From Candidatus Acetothermia bacterium (GTDB lineage Bacteria > Bipolaricaulota > Bipolaricaulia > RBG-16-55-9), in NCBI GenBank assembly GCA_016201405.1, contig JACQCZ010000007.1:68307-132306 (forward strand): a stretch of DNA of 64,000 nucleotides, given 5' to 3'. The notes under the pieces were generated by a model that searched no databases, was not told the origin of the DNA, and saw nothing but the letters and a program-made list of their open reading frames with translations. How positions within the stretch are numbered: position 1 is the stretch's first letter; each line of letters starts with the position of its first letter. A program made the position numbers and the translations under genes. Shown here one piece after another: positions 45,485 to 53,176 of this stretch.

Positions 45485-46141
45485 ATGACCCCATTTGTGA
45501 CCCAAAAGCTATCCATTCATGAATATTTAGATCACCTGGCAGCTGCCTCGCCTACTCCAGGTGGAGGAAACGCCTCCGCGGTGTGCGGGAGCTTTGCCGC
45601 TGCCCTAGTTGCCATGGTCAGCCGTCTCACCCTCAACAAGAGAGAGGAGCCATTCCTTGCCTATGCTCGCGAGATGGAAGAGACCACCCGTCTGGCTGAT
45701 CGGCTTCGTCTTGATTTATTAGAGCTGGCGGATCAAGACTGCTCGGCCTTCGATTCAGTTATGGCAGCCTACAAGCTTCCCAAGGCGACAGACCCAGAGA
45801 AACAGAGACGAAAAGAGAAGATCCAAGCCGCACTCAAACAGGCAACCGAAGTGCCCTATCACATAGCCGAGCGGTGCCAAAAGGTTCTGGAACTGGCTCA
45901 GCGCGTTGCAGACAAGGGCGCGCGGACGGCAGTGAGCGACGCAGGAACTGCAGCCGGATTGGCAGAAGCTGCACTTCACTCTGCTCTTTTGAATGTAGAC
46001 ATCAATTTAAAAGCGATCAAAGATGAAAAGTTTGTTCATCTGTACCACAAAAAGCGAGTGGATCTGGCCAAGCAGGCACGGATTCGAAAAGATGCCATTC
46101 TCACAATTGTAGAGGACTGGATCAATCCAGAGAATTCGTGA
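45485..46141 (+). CDS. cyclodeaminase/cyclohydrolase family protein (FTCD C-terminal-like)
   Basis: SPTPGGGNASAVCGSFAAALVAMVSRLT motif and an all-helical 218-aa protein. Confidence 0.75.
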   Translation: MTPFVTQKLSIHEYLDHLAAASPTPGGGNASAVCGSFAAALVAMVSRLTLNKREEPFLAYAREMEETTRLADRLRLDLLELADQDCSAFDSVMAAYKLPKATDPEKQRRKEKIQAALKQATEVPYHIAERCQKVLELAQRVADKGARTAVSDAGTAAGLAEAALHSALLNVDINLKAIKDEKFVHLYHKKRVDLAKQARIRKDAILTIVEDWINPENS

Positions 46142-46154
46142 CCCATTTCTTGCC

Positions 46155-46943
46155 ATGCCTAAAACCAAATCTCTAGATCAATATCTGCATTTTACAACTG
46201 CGTTGGCGAAAGAGACGGGCGCTCTGCTGCGCGAGATGCTTGCGCAGAACGTGAGCTATTCTCTCAAATCGAGCCATCAAGATTTGGTGACCGCTGCCGA
46301 CCGCGCTGCCGAAGAGCTGATTGTCAAAAAAATAAAAGATAAATATCCAGAACATGGCATTCTCTCTGAAGAGAGCGCAGAGCTAAAGTCAGAGTCAAAC
46401 TTTCGCTGGGTGATCGACCCGGTCGATGGCACATCGAACTTTGCCCATGGCATCCCATTCTTCTGCACTTCGATTGCGCTTGAGGAGGATGGCAGACTGG
46501 TTGCGGGTGCTATTTATGAGCCTCTCCGCGACGAGCTCTTTTCGGTGGCGCTGGGAGAAGGGGCCTGGCTGAATGGACAGCCTCTCAACGTCTCATCTCC
46601 CGATCAGGTCAAGAAGGCCATTTTGGCGGTGGGATACCCGTACGACTTCTCTCTTCTGGATGGATATGTCGCACAGATGAAACTATTTCTCCCAGTGGCT
46701 CAGGGATTGCGGCGTCTTGGCTCTGCGGCGCTCTCTCTTGCCTATATTGCGGCTGGGAGGCTTGATGGCTATGTGGATATGAATCTGAACCGCTGGGATC
46801 TGGCTGCGGGTGTTCTTTTGGTGACAGAAGCGGGCGGACAGGTGACAGGCTTTCAGGGCACTGAACTCGAACTGGATACCCGAGCGATCATGGCCTCCAA
46901 CGGGAAAATCCATGATGAAATGTTAAAAATGCTGGAGGTGTGA
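46155..46943 (+). CDS. inositol monophosphatase family protein (SuhB-like)
   Basis: ILSEES...WVIDPVDGTSNF...GSAALSLAYIAAGRLDGY motifs. Confidence 0.88.
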   Translation: MPKTKSLDQYLHFTTALAKETGALLREMLAQNVSYSLKSSHQDLVTAADRAAEELIVKKIKDKYPEHGILSEESAELKSESNFRWVIDPVDGTSNFAHGIPFFCTSIALEEDGRLVAGAIYEPLRDELFSVALGEGAWLNGQPLNVSSPDQVKKAILAVGYPYDFSLLDGYVAQMKLFLPVAQGLRRLGSAALSLAYIAAGRLDGYVDMNLNRWDLAAGVLLVTEAGGQVTGFQGTELELDTRAIMASNGKIHDEMLKMLEV

Positions 46944-48241
46944 AGGTCTGTATGACGACAACGCGAATAGAGCAGATCCGGCAGACTCTCGGTCAGGAGA
47001 TCTGGATTGAAGGCTGGCTCTACAACAAGCGCTCCAGCGGGGGCATCCAGTTTCTACAAGTTCGTGATGGATCGGGAATCATTCAGGGAGTCGTCACCAA
47101 AAAGAATGAAAAGAATTTCCTGCTGGCCGAGAGGTTGACTCAAGAATCTTCCATTCGGGTCAAAGGAATCGCCAAAGAGGACCCCCGTTCTCCCACAGGC
47201 TATGAGCTTTCGATACAGGAGATCGAGCTGGTGCACTTGGCCGAAGAATACCCAATCACTCCCAAAGATCATGGCACGGGCTTCTTAATGGACAATCGCC
47301 ATCTGTGGATGCGATCATCCAAACAGGTGCCCGTTCTTAGAATTCGTCATGAAGTGATGCAGGCGATTCGCGATTACTTCAATGAGCATGGCTTTATCGC
47401 CACAGAATCGCCCATCCTGACGGGTGTCTCTGTGGAAGGCACAACGACGCTATTTGGTGTCGATTATTTTGGTGAGAAGGCATTTTTGTCACAGAGCGGT
47501 CAGCTCTATCTGGAAGCGACCGCCATGGCTTTGGGTCGAGTTTACTGGATTGGCCCGACCTTCCGTGCGGAGCAGTCCAAAACCCGAAAACATTTGACAG
47601 AGTTCTGGATGGCCGAGGCCGAAGTCGCCTATTTTGATCACGAAGACAACCTCAGACTCCAAGAAGATCTGGTCAAATATATTATCGGGCGGGTCATCCA
47701 GAACAAATTGCCGGATCTAAAAGCACTTGATCGGGACATCTCAAAACTGGAAAAGATCATCGCTGAGTCCTTCGCCCGTGTTACTTATAAACAGGCCATC
47801 GATCTTCTCAATGAGAAGGGAATGGGCAAGAGCTGGGGTGATGACTTTGGAGCACCTGATGAAGAGGCGATCTCCGATCATTTCAAAAAGCCAGTATTCA
47901 TCGAGAAGTTCCCGGCCGTCATGAAAGCTTTCTATATGGAGCCGGATCCAGAGAACCAAGAACTGGTAAAGGCAGCGGATCTGATCGCCCCAGAAGGCTA
48001 TGGTGAGATCATAGGTGGCAGTGAGAGGATTTCCAACAAAGAATTGCTCCTCAAGAAGCTGGAAGAGCACAAGCTGCCGCGCGAGCCGTACGAATGGTAC
48101 ATCGATCTGCGGAAGTATGGCTCGGTGCCACACGCGGGATTTGGCATGGGCGTTGAAAGAACGGTCGCCTGGATCACGGGCGTCACCCATCTTCGCGAGT
48201 GCATTCCATTCCCCCGGCAGCTCCATCGCCTTACCCCATAA
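46940..48241 (+). CDS. asnS: asparagine--tRNA ligase
   Basis: Class IIb core (FRAEQSKTRKHLTEFWMAEAE, KAFYM, GEIIGGSERI, YEWYIDLRKYGSVPHAGFGMGVER). Start is either GTG 46940 or in-frame ATG 46952. Confidence 0.85.
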   Translation: MKVCMTTTRIEQIRQTLGQEIWIEGWLYNKRSSGGIQFLQVRDGSGIIQGVVTKKNEKNFLLAERLTQESSIRVKGIAKEDPRSPTGYELSIQEIELVHLAEEYPITPKDHGTGFLMDNRHLWMRSSKQVPVLRIRHEVMQAIRDYFNEHGFIATESPILTGVSVEGTTTLFGVDYFGEKAFLSQSGQLYLEATAMALGRVYWIGPTFRAEQSKTRKHLTEFWMAEAEVAYFDHEDNLRLQEDLVKYIIGRVIQNKLPDLKALDRDISKLEKIIAESFARVTYKQAIDLLNEKGMGKSWGDDFGAPDEEAISDHFKKPVFIEKFPAVMKAFYMEPDPENQELVKAADLIAPEGYGEIIGGSERISNKELLLKKLEEHKLPREPYEWYIDLRKYGSVPHAGFGMGVERTVAWITGVTHLRECIPFPRQLHRLTP

Positions 48242-48269
48242 AAGCCCTCATCTTGAGCGGCCATTTTGG

Positions 48270-48298
48270 TTGCAGATATTTGGAGTTGTTGGTATACT
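48270..48298 (+). promoter_or_regulatory. putative promoter of rpsF-ssb-rpsR
   Basis: TTGCAG (48270-48275), 17-nt spacer, TATACT (48293-48298). Confidence 0.4.
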
Positions 48299-48332
48299 TT
48301 TGCAAATCATTTTTATCGTTGAGGTGGTTTGA

Positions 48333-48659
48333 CTGGAGCGCAAATATGAAGTCCTCTATATTATCCGTCCTGATCTTGATGGCGGCCACATAGGGGTTGT
48401 CGAAGAGTATAAGAAGTTCATCTCAGGCTCGATGGGTTCTGTGACCAATGTCGAAGACTGGGGCTCCCGGAATTTTGCCTATCCGGTCGATAAATTTGAG
48501 AAGGGCAATTATGTGATGTTCTTATTCATGATGAGCCCAGAAAATCTCCCTGAGCTTGAGAGCCGATTCAAACTGGATGACCGCGTGCTGCGCTACCAAA
48601 TCATTCGGTTAGAAGAAGAGGCGGCCTCTAGCCGCAACAGTAGTGCCGTGGCCGCATAA
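48333..48659 (+). CDS. rpsF: 30S ribosomal protein S6, apparently initiating at CTG
   Basis: The frame upstream of the track ATG (48432) reads L-ERKYEVLYIIRPDLDGG..., the conserved S6 N-terminus (compare MRKYEVMYIIRP in Bacillus). An in-frame TGA lies at 48330-48332. SD GAGGTGG (48321-48327) sits 5 nt before CTG 48333. Confidence 0.75.
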   Translation: MERKYEVLYIIRPDLDGGHIGVVEEYKKFISGSMGSVTNVEDWGSRNFAYPVDKFEKGNYVMFLFMMSPENLPELESRFKLDDRVLRYQIIRLEEEAASSRNSSAVAA

Positions 48660-48685
48660 GCGCATTTGTGGGGGAATAGCGAGAT

Positions 48686-49141
48686 ATGGCTGGTCTCAAC
48701 CGCGTTATCCTGATCGGTAATCTTACCGATGATCCTGAATTGCGATACACGCAGTCAGGAACGGCCAGGACTCGATTTTCAATTGCCATCAATCGCCGCT
48801 ATCGGGACAAAGAGGGCAACCTCCAAGATGACACGACTTTCGTACCGATTGTGGTTTGGGGGCCCCAGGCTGAGAATTGTGCCAATTATCTGGGCAAGGG
48901 GAGACAAGTGGCTATCGATGGCCGTCTGCGAATCGACAGCTTCCAGACCGCAGAGGGTGAGCGGCGAAAAGTGGCTGAAGTTGTGGCTGAGACTGTGCAG
49001 TTTTTGGGCGGAGGCGCTGGTGGCGGCCGTAAAGAGGCTGCTCCCGATGGTGCGACTGAAATGACGGAGCCCGAGGCAGCGCCAAGCAAAGATCCCGCCC
49101 CAATAAAGACGGAAGAAGATGATGAGGAGGTTCCATTTTGA
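48686..49141 (+). CDS. ssb: single-stranded DNA-binding protein
   Basis: OB-fold N-terminus (LNRVILIGNLTDDPELRYTQSG), Gly-rich linker, acidic tip DDEEVPF. Confidence 0.93.
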   Translation: MAGLNRVILIGNLTDDPELRYTQSGTARTRFSIAINRRYRDKEGNLQDDTTFVPIVVWGPQAENCANYLGKGRQVAIDGRLRIDSFQTAEGERRKVAEVVAETVQFLGGGAGGGRKEAAPDGATEMTEPEAAPSKDPAPIKTEEDDEEVPF

Positions 49142-49434
49142 TGAAACCAATGCGTCCGCGCAGGCGGATGGTTCACCGGTGCGAGGTCTGTAAGCATGGC
49201 CTCGAGATCACCTACAAGAAGCCTCAAGAGCTGCGAAGATTTCTCAACCGGGCCGGAAGAATTCTGCCCAGGCGTCTCAGCCGAATGTGCGCGAAGCATC
49301 AGCGCGTTCTGAACCTAGAGATCAAGCGCGCCCGCACCATGGCGATGCTTCCTTATCAGCTGGAAGAGAGCGCTCCCATTGGGGCCGAGCGTGGCCGGGG
49401 TGGCAGAGGCGGCGGCAGGCGCTTTAGCAACTGA
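49138..49434 (+). CDS. rpsR: 30S ribosomal protein S18 (with RGG-rich C-terminal extension)
   Basis: ITYKKPQELRRFLNRAGRILPRRLSRMCAKHQRVLNLEIKRARTMAMLPY matches the S18 core. ATGA overlap with ssb. Confidence 0.88.
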   Translation: MMKPMRPRRRMVHRCEVCKHGLEITYKKPQELRRFLNRAGRILPRRLSRMCAKHQRVLNLEIKRARTMAMLPYQLEESAPIGAERGRGGRGGGRRFSN

Positions 49435-49598
49435 ACTTTATAGATTCTCTTCTGGGTGGGATCACTTCGACTCCTTTGATTCTCATCGGGAATTTAGTTT
49501 GCGAGTGTAGGCATTCGCCTACTTTCTGTCCAGATTTGTCAAAATGCCCCTCTTTCCGCATATAATTCCCAAACGACGACTGAGTTGCTGAAAAAAGC

Positions 49599-51197
49599 AT
49601 GATGAAAAAGAAATCTTTAAAGTGGAGTGCTCTGCTCATCGTGGCATCAGGGCTTGCGTCATGGGGGTCACACACCCTGGCGCAGGGCGGCTCTACTGCC
49701 CTTCCTGACCTGGTCCCGACCAAGCTTGAGATCATTCCTGAGAATGCTAAGGCAGGAGATGTCCCTGCTGTGAAAGCGACGATTGCCAATCAAGGAAGCG
49801 CAGATGCATCGGCTTTTTGGGTCACAATCCGCGCTGGCAGCCGAATTGTCGCATCGCAGCACTTTGAAGGGCTACCCGTAAACCAAGAAGTTCAGATCCA
49901 GGCTCTCTTTGCGATCACGACATCCACCAATTCGGTTGAAGTGGATGCAGATTCCACACAGAGCGTTGCCGAATCCAATGAGAATAATAATACTCTCGTG
50001 CGTCAGATTGACTTCTCTCCGGACATCGTAATCCAAGGGATTACGTTTACGCCCAACTTTCCAAAACCCGCAGAGCGTACCACCATTCAAGTGACCGTGG
50101 TCAATCCAAGCACACGATCGATTGACAAGCCGTTCTCCGTCCGTTTTATGCAGGGCCGGACCATCATTGATGATAAATTTATCCAGAAGCTTGGAGCTGG
50201 CCAGTCCCAGATCGTAGAAGGCTTTTGGATGGCGAGTGGTGGCGAGCAGACGATTCGGGTCACTGCCGATTATTTCAACTCGATCCAAGAATCGGATGAG
50301 ACGAATAATCTGGTCACTCGTCTTCTCGATGTGACCACAGTTGAGCCCACTGGGGCCGATCTCGCCATCAAAGACTTGCAAATGACGCCCTCATCCCCCA
50401 GTGCCGGAGATGTCGTCACCCTGCAGGCGACTGTCGTCAATCATGGGAGTGGGGCGGCTAGCGCCTTCAAAGTCCTATTTCAGGCTGACGGATCTGACAT
50501 CAGCACCAGCTCTGTGCCCAGCCTGGGTCCCAGCCAGTCCACACAGGTGACTCTCTTGTGGAAATCCGAGGCGGCTCAGCGCTTGCTTCGCGTCAAAGCG
50601 GATTCCGATGGGGTAATTCCTGAGATGGACGAGGCAGACAACGTGACAACGCTCAGTGTAGATCTCAGCCCGCCCCTCGATCGCTGTGGCCAGTTTGTCT
50701 GGCTCAACGTCCAACCGGAATCGATCCCCGATTTCGTTGCTCTTACGGGACAGACGGAAGAGGAAGTTGCAGACGTTTTCTTGCCACAAGTCAAAAAAGT
50801 GATGGAACAGCAGTATGCAGGGATCAACGTTCAGATCCGGCTTCCATTTCCAACGGCGATTCGAGCCACGATAACCTATAACGATCAGGACAAAGGGGAG
50901 ATCTTAGGCCAAGCGCCATTGGGCACGCGCTTTGGCACGGCCTTTGTTTATATGGGCAGCTTTACTGCCCTTCACGGGCTCACATCTCTTGCTCTGAGTA
51001 CGCTTCAGATCATTACGGCCACAGTCTCATCCCACGAATTGGGACATCTCTTTGGTCTCAACCACACATCGCAGAATGATTCTCGCGACATCATGTCTGC
51101 AAACGCCGAGCTCTCACCCCTGGCGGGGCTTGAGATACCCCAATTCACGCCAGCGGCGCATCAGCAGCTACTGCAGCTCTTGCCATTTTGTCATTAA
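49599..51197 (+). CDS. secreted CARDB-repeat protein with C-terminal metzincin-like HExxHxxGxxH motif
   Basis: Signal peptide. Four repeats of the pattern (A/P)DL.I......P..P.AGD.V.....V.N.G...A..F.V.F (CARDB-like). C-terminal HELGHLFGLNH. Confidence 0.65.
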   Translation: MMKKKSLKWSALLIVASGLASWGSHTLAQGGSTALPDLVPTKLEIIPENAKAGDVPAVKATIANQGSADASAFWVTIRAGSRIVASQHFEGLPVNQEVQIQALFAITTSTNSVEVDADSTQSVAESNENNNTLVRQIDFSPDIVIQGITFTPNFPKPAERTTIQVTVVNPSTRSIDKPFSVRFMQGRTIIDDKFIQKLGAGQSQIVEGFWMASGGEQTIRVTADYFNSIQESDETNNLVTRLLDVTTVEPTGADLAIKDLQMTPSSPSAGDVVTLQATVVNHGSGAASAFKVLFQADGSDISTSSVPSLGPSQSTQVTLLWKSEAAQRLLRVKADSDGVIPEMDEADNVTTLSVDLSPPLDRCGQFVWLNVQPESIPDFVALTGQTEEEVADVFLPQVKKVMEQQYAGINVQIRLPFPTAIRATITYNDQDKGEILGQAPLGTRFGTAFVYMGSFTALHGLTSLALSTLQIITATVSSHELGHLFGLNHTSQNDSRDIMSANAELSPLAGLEIPQFTPAAHQQLLQLLPFCH

Positions 51198-51264
51198 TTT
51201 AAGCCAACTCTTAATTTGCAATCCTCTGTGAGGCGCAAGTACACTTGCGGCTTGTGACCCCATT

Positions 51265-53082
51265 ATGTTGCGAAATGTAAAGCGCTTATTGATTGGCAAC
51301 CCCTTGCCGAGCCAGCGAGCCAAGCACGAGCGGTTGATCCTGCCTCTCGCCCTGGCCGTCCTCGCCTCGGACGCGCTCTCGTCTGTAGCCTATGGCCCGG
51401 AGCAGATTCTTCTCATTCTTACCCAGGGGAACCAAGATGCTCTCTTTCTAATCCTTCCTGTGGCCCTTGCCATTGCCGCTCTGATTTGGGTTGTCATCTT
51501 CTCGTACCGACAGCTATTGCAGGTCTATCCCCATGGTGGAGGCTCGTACAGCGTTGCCAAAGAGAATTTGGGGGTATTCTTGGGCTTTTTGGCTGGGGCT
51601 GCGCTATCGCTGGATTATGTGCTCACCGTGGCCGTGAGTCTTGCAGCCGGGGCTGCTGCAATCTATAGCGCGTGGCCGGACCTGCATGTCAACCGCGTTG
51701 AAGTGACACTTGTTATTCTGCTTTTTATGGCATTGATGAACCTGCGCGGCATTCGGGAATCGGGCTGGACCTTCGGATCACCGACTTATCTCTTTATTGG
51801 CTCCATGTTTATTCTATTGGGAGTCGGATTTTGGAAACTGATCGCAGGAGTCTCGGCTGCTGCTAGTCCAGATGTACTGACTGTGACGCATTCGCTCGAC
51901 TGGTTCTTGATTTTGAAGGCCTTCTCTTCAGGAGCTACGACCGTCACTGGAATTGAGGCCATCTCCAATGGTGTGGCCATCTTCCGTGATCCTCAGGATC
52001 AAAATGCCCGCAAGAGTCTGCTCTGGTTAGGCATTCTGCTCGCCATAATGTTGCTGGGAATGGTCTATCTCACCCAGCATGTAGGCCTCAGCCCAAAGCC
52101 CGATGAGACACTGCTCAGCCAATTGGGGCGCTGGGCATTGGGGGGAAGTCTGCTCTACTATGTTTTGCAGCTCTCTACATTCCTAGTGCTCTTCCTGGCA
52201 GCCAATGCTGCCTTCAGCGGATTTCCTCAGCTCGCAGCGGTGGTGGCCAAAGATGGATATCTGCCCCGCCAATTCCGCAACCGGGGAGATCGGCTTGTCT
52301 ATTCCAATGGAATTGTCGGTCTCGCTTTTTTGGCTGGCGTGCTGATCTATCTCTTTGGAGCCGAGACCGACCGGCTGATCCCCCTCTATGCGATCGGTGT
52401 ATTTACCGCCTTCACACTCTCTCAGCTCGGCATGGCCGTCTATCACAACCGCCATCGGCAGTCGGGCTGGCGCATGCGGGCCGCGCTCGGCGTCGTGGGC
52501 GGACTACTTACAGGGATCGTTGCGCTCATCTTCGCTGTGACCAAATTCACCGAAGGGGCGTGGATTGTGGTCATCTTGATCCCGCTCATGATGTTGATTC
52601 CTTACACGGTACATGCCCATTACACAGCTACAGCGAGGCAGCTCTCCCTCAAAGGAGAGAGAAACCTCCCGCGCAAACAACCCGTCGTGGCCGTCGTTCC
52701 TGTCAATGCTATTCATCGTGGCACACTAAAAGCGATTCGCTATGCCGAGAGCATCAGCCCAGAAGTCCACGTCGTTCATATTGGAATTGACGCGGAAGAG
52801 ACGCAACGCATGAAGGAGAACCTGGAGCGGTGGTGTCCTGATGTGAAGCTTGAGGTCCTGCCGAGCCCCTATCACAGTTTCTTGCAGGTCTTCAATGAGT
52901 ATGTAGAATCTCTGCAGCAAAGCCACCCAGGTGTCTTCCTTACGGTAGTCGTGCCAGAGTTCGTCCCCAAACGCCCCATTCAGCAGCTCTTGCATAACCA
53001 GACGGCGCTACTCCTCAAGCTTCAGCTCTATGGGAAAGAGGGAGTTATCGTCGTCAATGTTCCATATCATCTCAAAGTCTGA
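51265..53082 (+). CDS. APC-superfamily permease, KimA (YdaO)-like putative K+ transporter
   Basis: The N-terminus KRLLIGNPLPSQRAKHERLILPLALAVLASDALSSVAYGPEQIL closely resembles the KimA N-terminus. About 12 TMs plus a cytoplasmic C-terminal domain of about 150 aa. Confidence 0.6.
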   Translation: MLRNVKRLLIGNPLPSQRAKHERLILPLALAVLASDALSSVAYGPEQILLILTQGNQDALFLILPVALAIAALIWVVIFSYRQLLQVYPHGGGSYSVAKENLGVFLGFLAGAALSLDYVLTVAVSLAAGAAAIYSAWPDLHVNRVEVTLVILLFMALMNLRGIRESGWTFGSPTYLFIGSMFILLGVGFWKLIAGVSAAASPDVLTVTHSLDWFLILKAFSSGATTVTGIEAISNGVAIFRDPQDQNARKSLLWLGILLAIMLLGMVYLTQHVGLSPKPDETLLSQLGRWALGGSLLYYVLQLSTFLVLFLAANAAFSGFPQLAAVVAKDGYLPRQFRNRGDRLVYSNGIVGLAFLAGVLIYLFGAETDRLIPLYAIGVFTAFTLSQLGMAVYHNRHRQSGWRMRAALGVVGGLLTGIVALIFAVTKFTEGAWIVVILIPLMMLIPYTVHAHYTATARQLSLKGERNLPRKQPVVAVVPVNAIHRGTLKAIRYAESISPEVHVVHIGIDAEETQRMKENLERWCPDVKLEVLPSPYHSFLQVFNEYVESLQQSHPGVFLTVVVPEFVPKRPIQQLLHNQTALLLKLQLYGKEGVIVVNVPYHLKV

Positions 53083-53113
53083 TTTTGTTGATAGGCCTGG
53101 AAGCGCGAAATCA

Positions 53114-53148
53114 GAAGCGGACGGCTGTTGTGTGCGGCCGTCCGCTTC
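53114..53148. terminator. 12-bp GC-rich hairpin between convergent genes
   Basis: GAAGCGGACGGC (53114-53125) pairs with GCCGTCCGCTTC (53137-53148). Confidence 0.6.
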
Positions 53149-53176
53149 ATCATCTTTAAAACAATGAGTTCCGGCT

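Noticed and set aside
51198-51264. c-di-AMP (ydaO-type) riboswitch upstream of the KimA-like gene
   Set aside because: Only 67 nt separate it from the preceding gene, which is too short for that riboswitch, and no conserved motif is visible.
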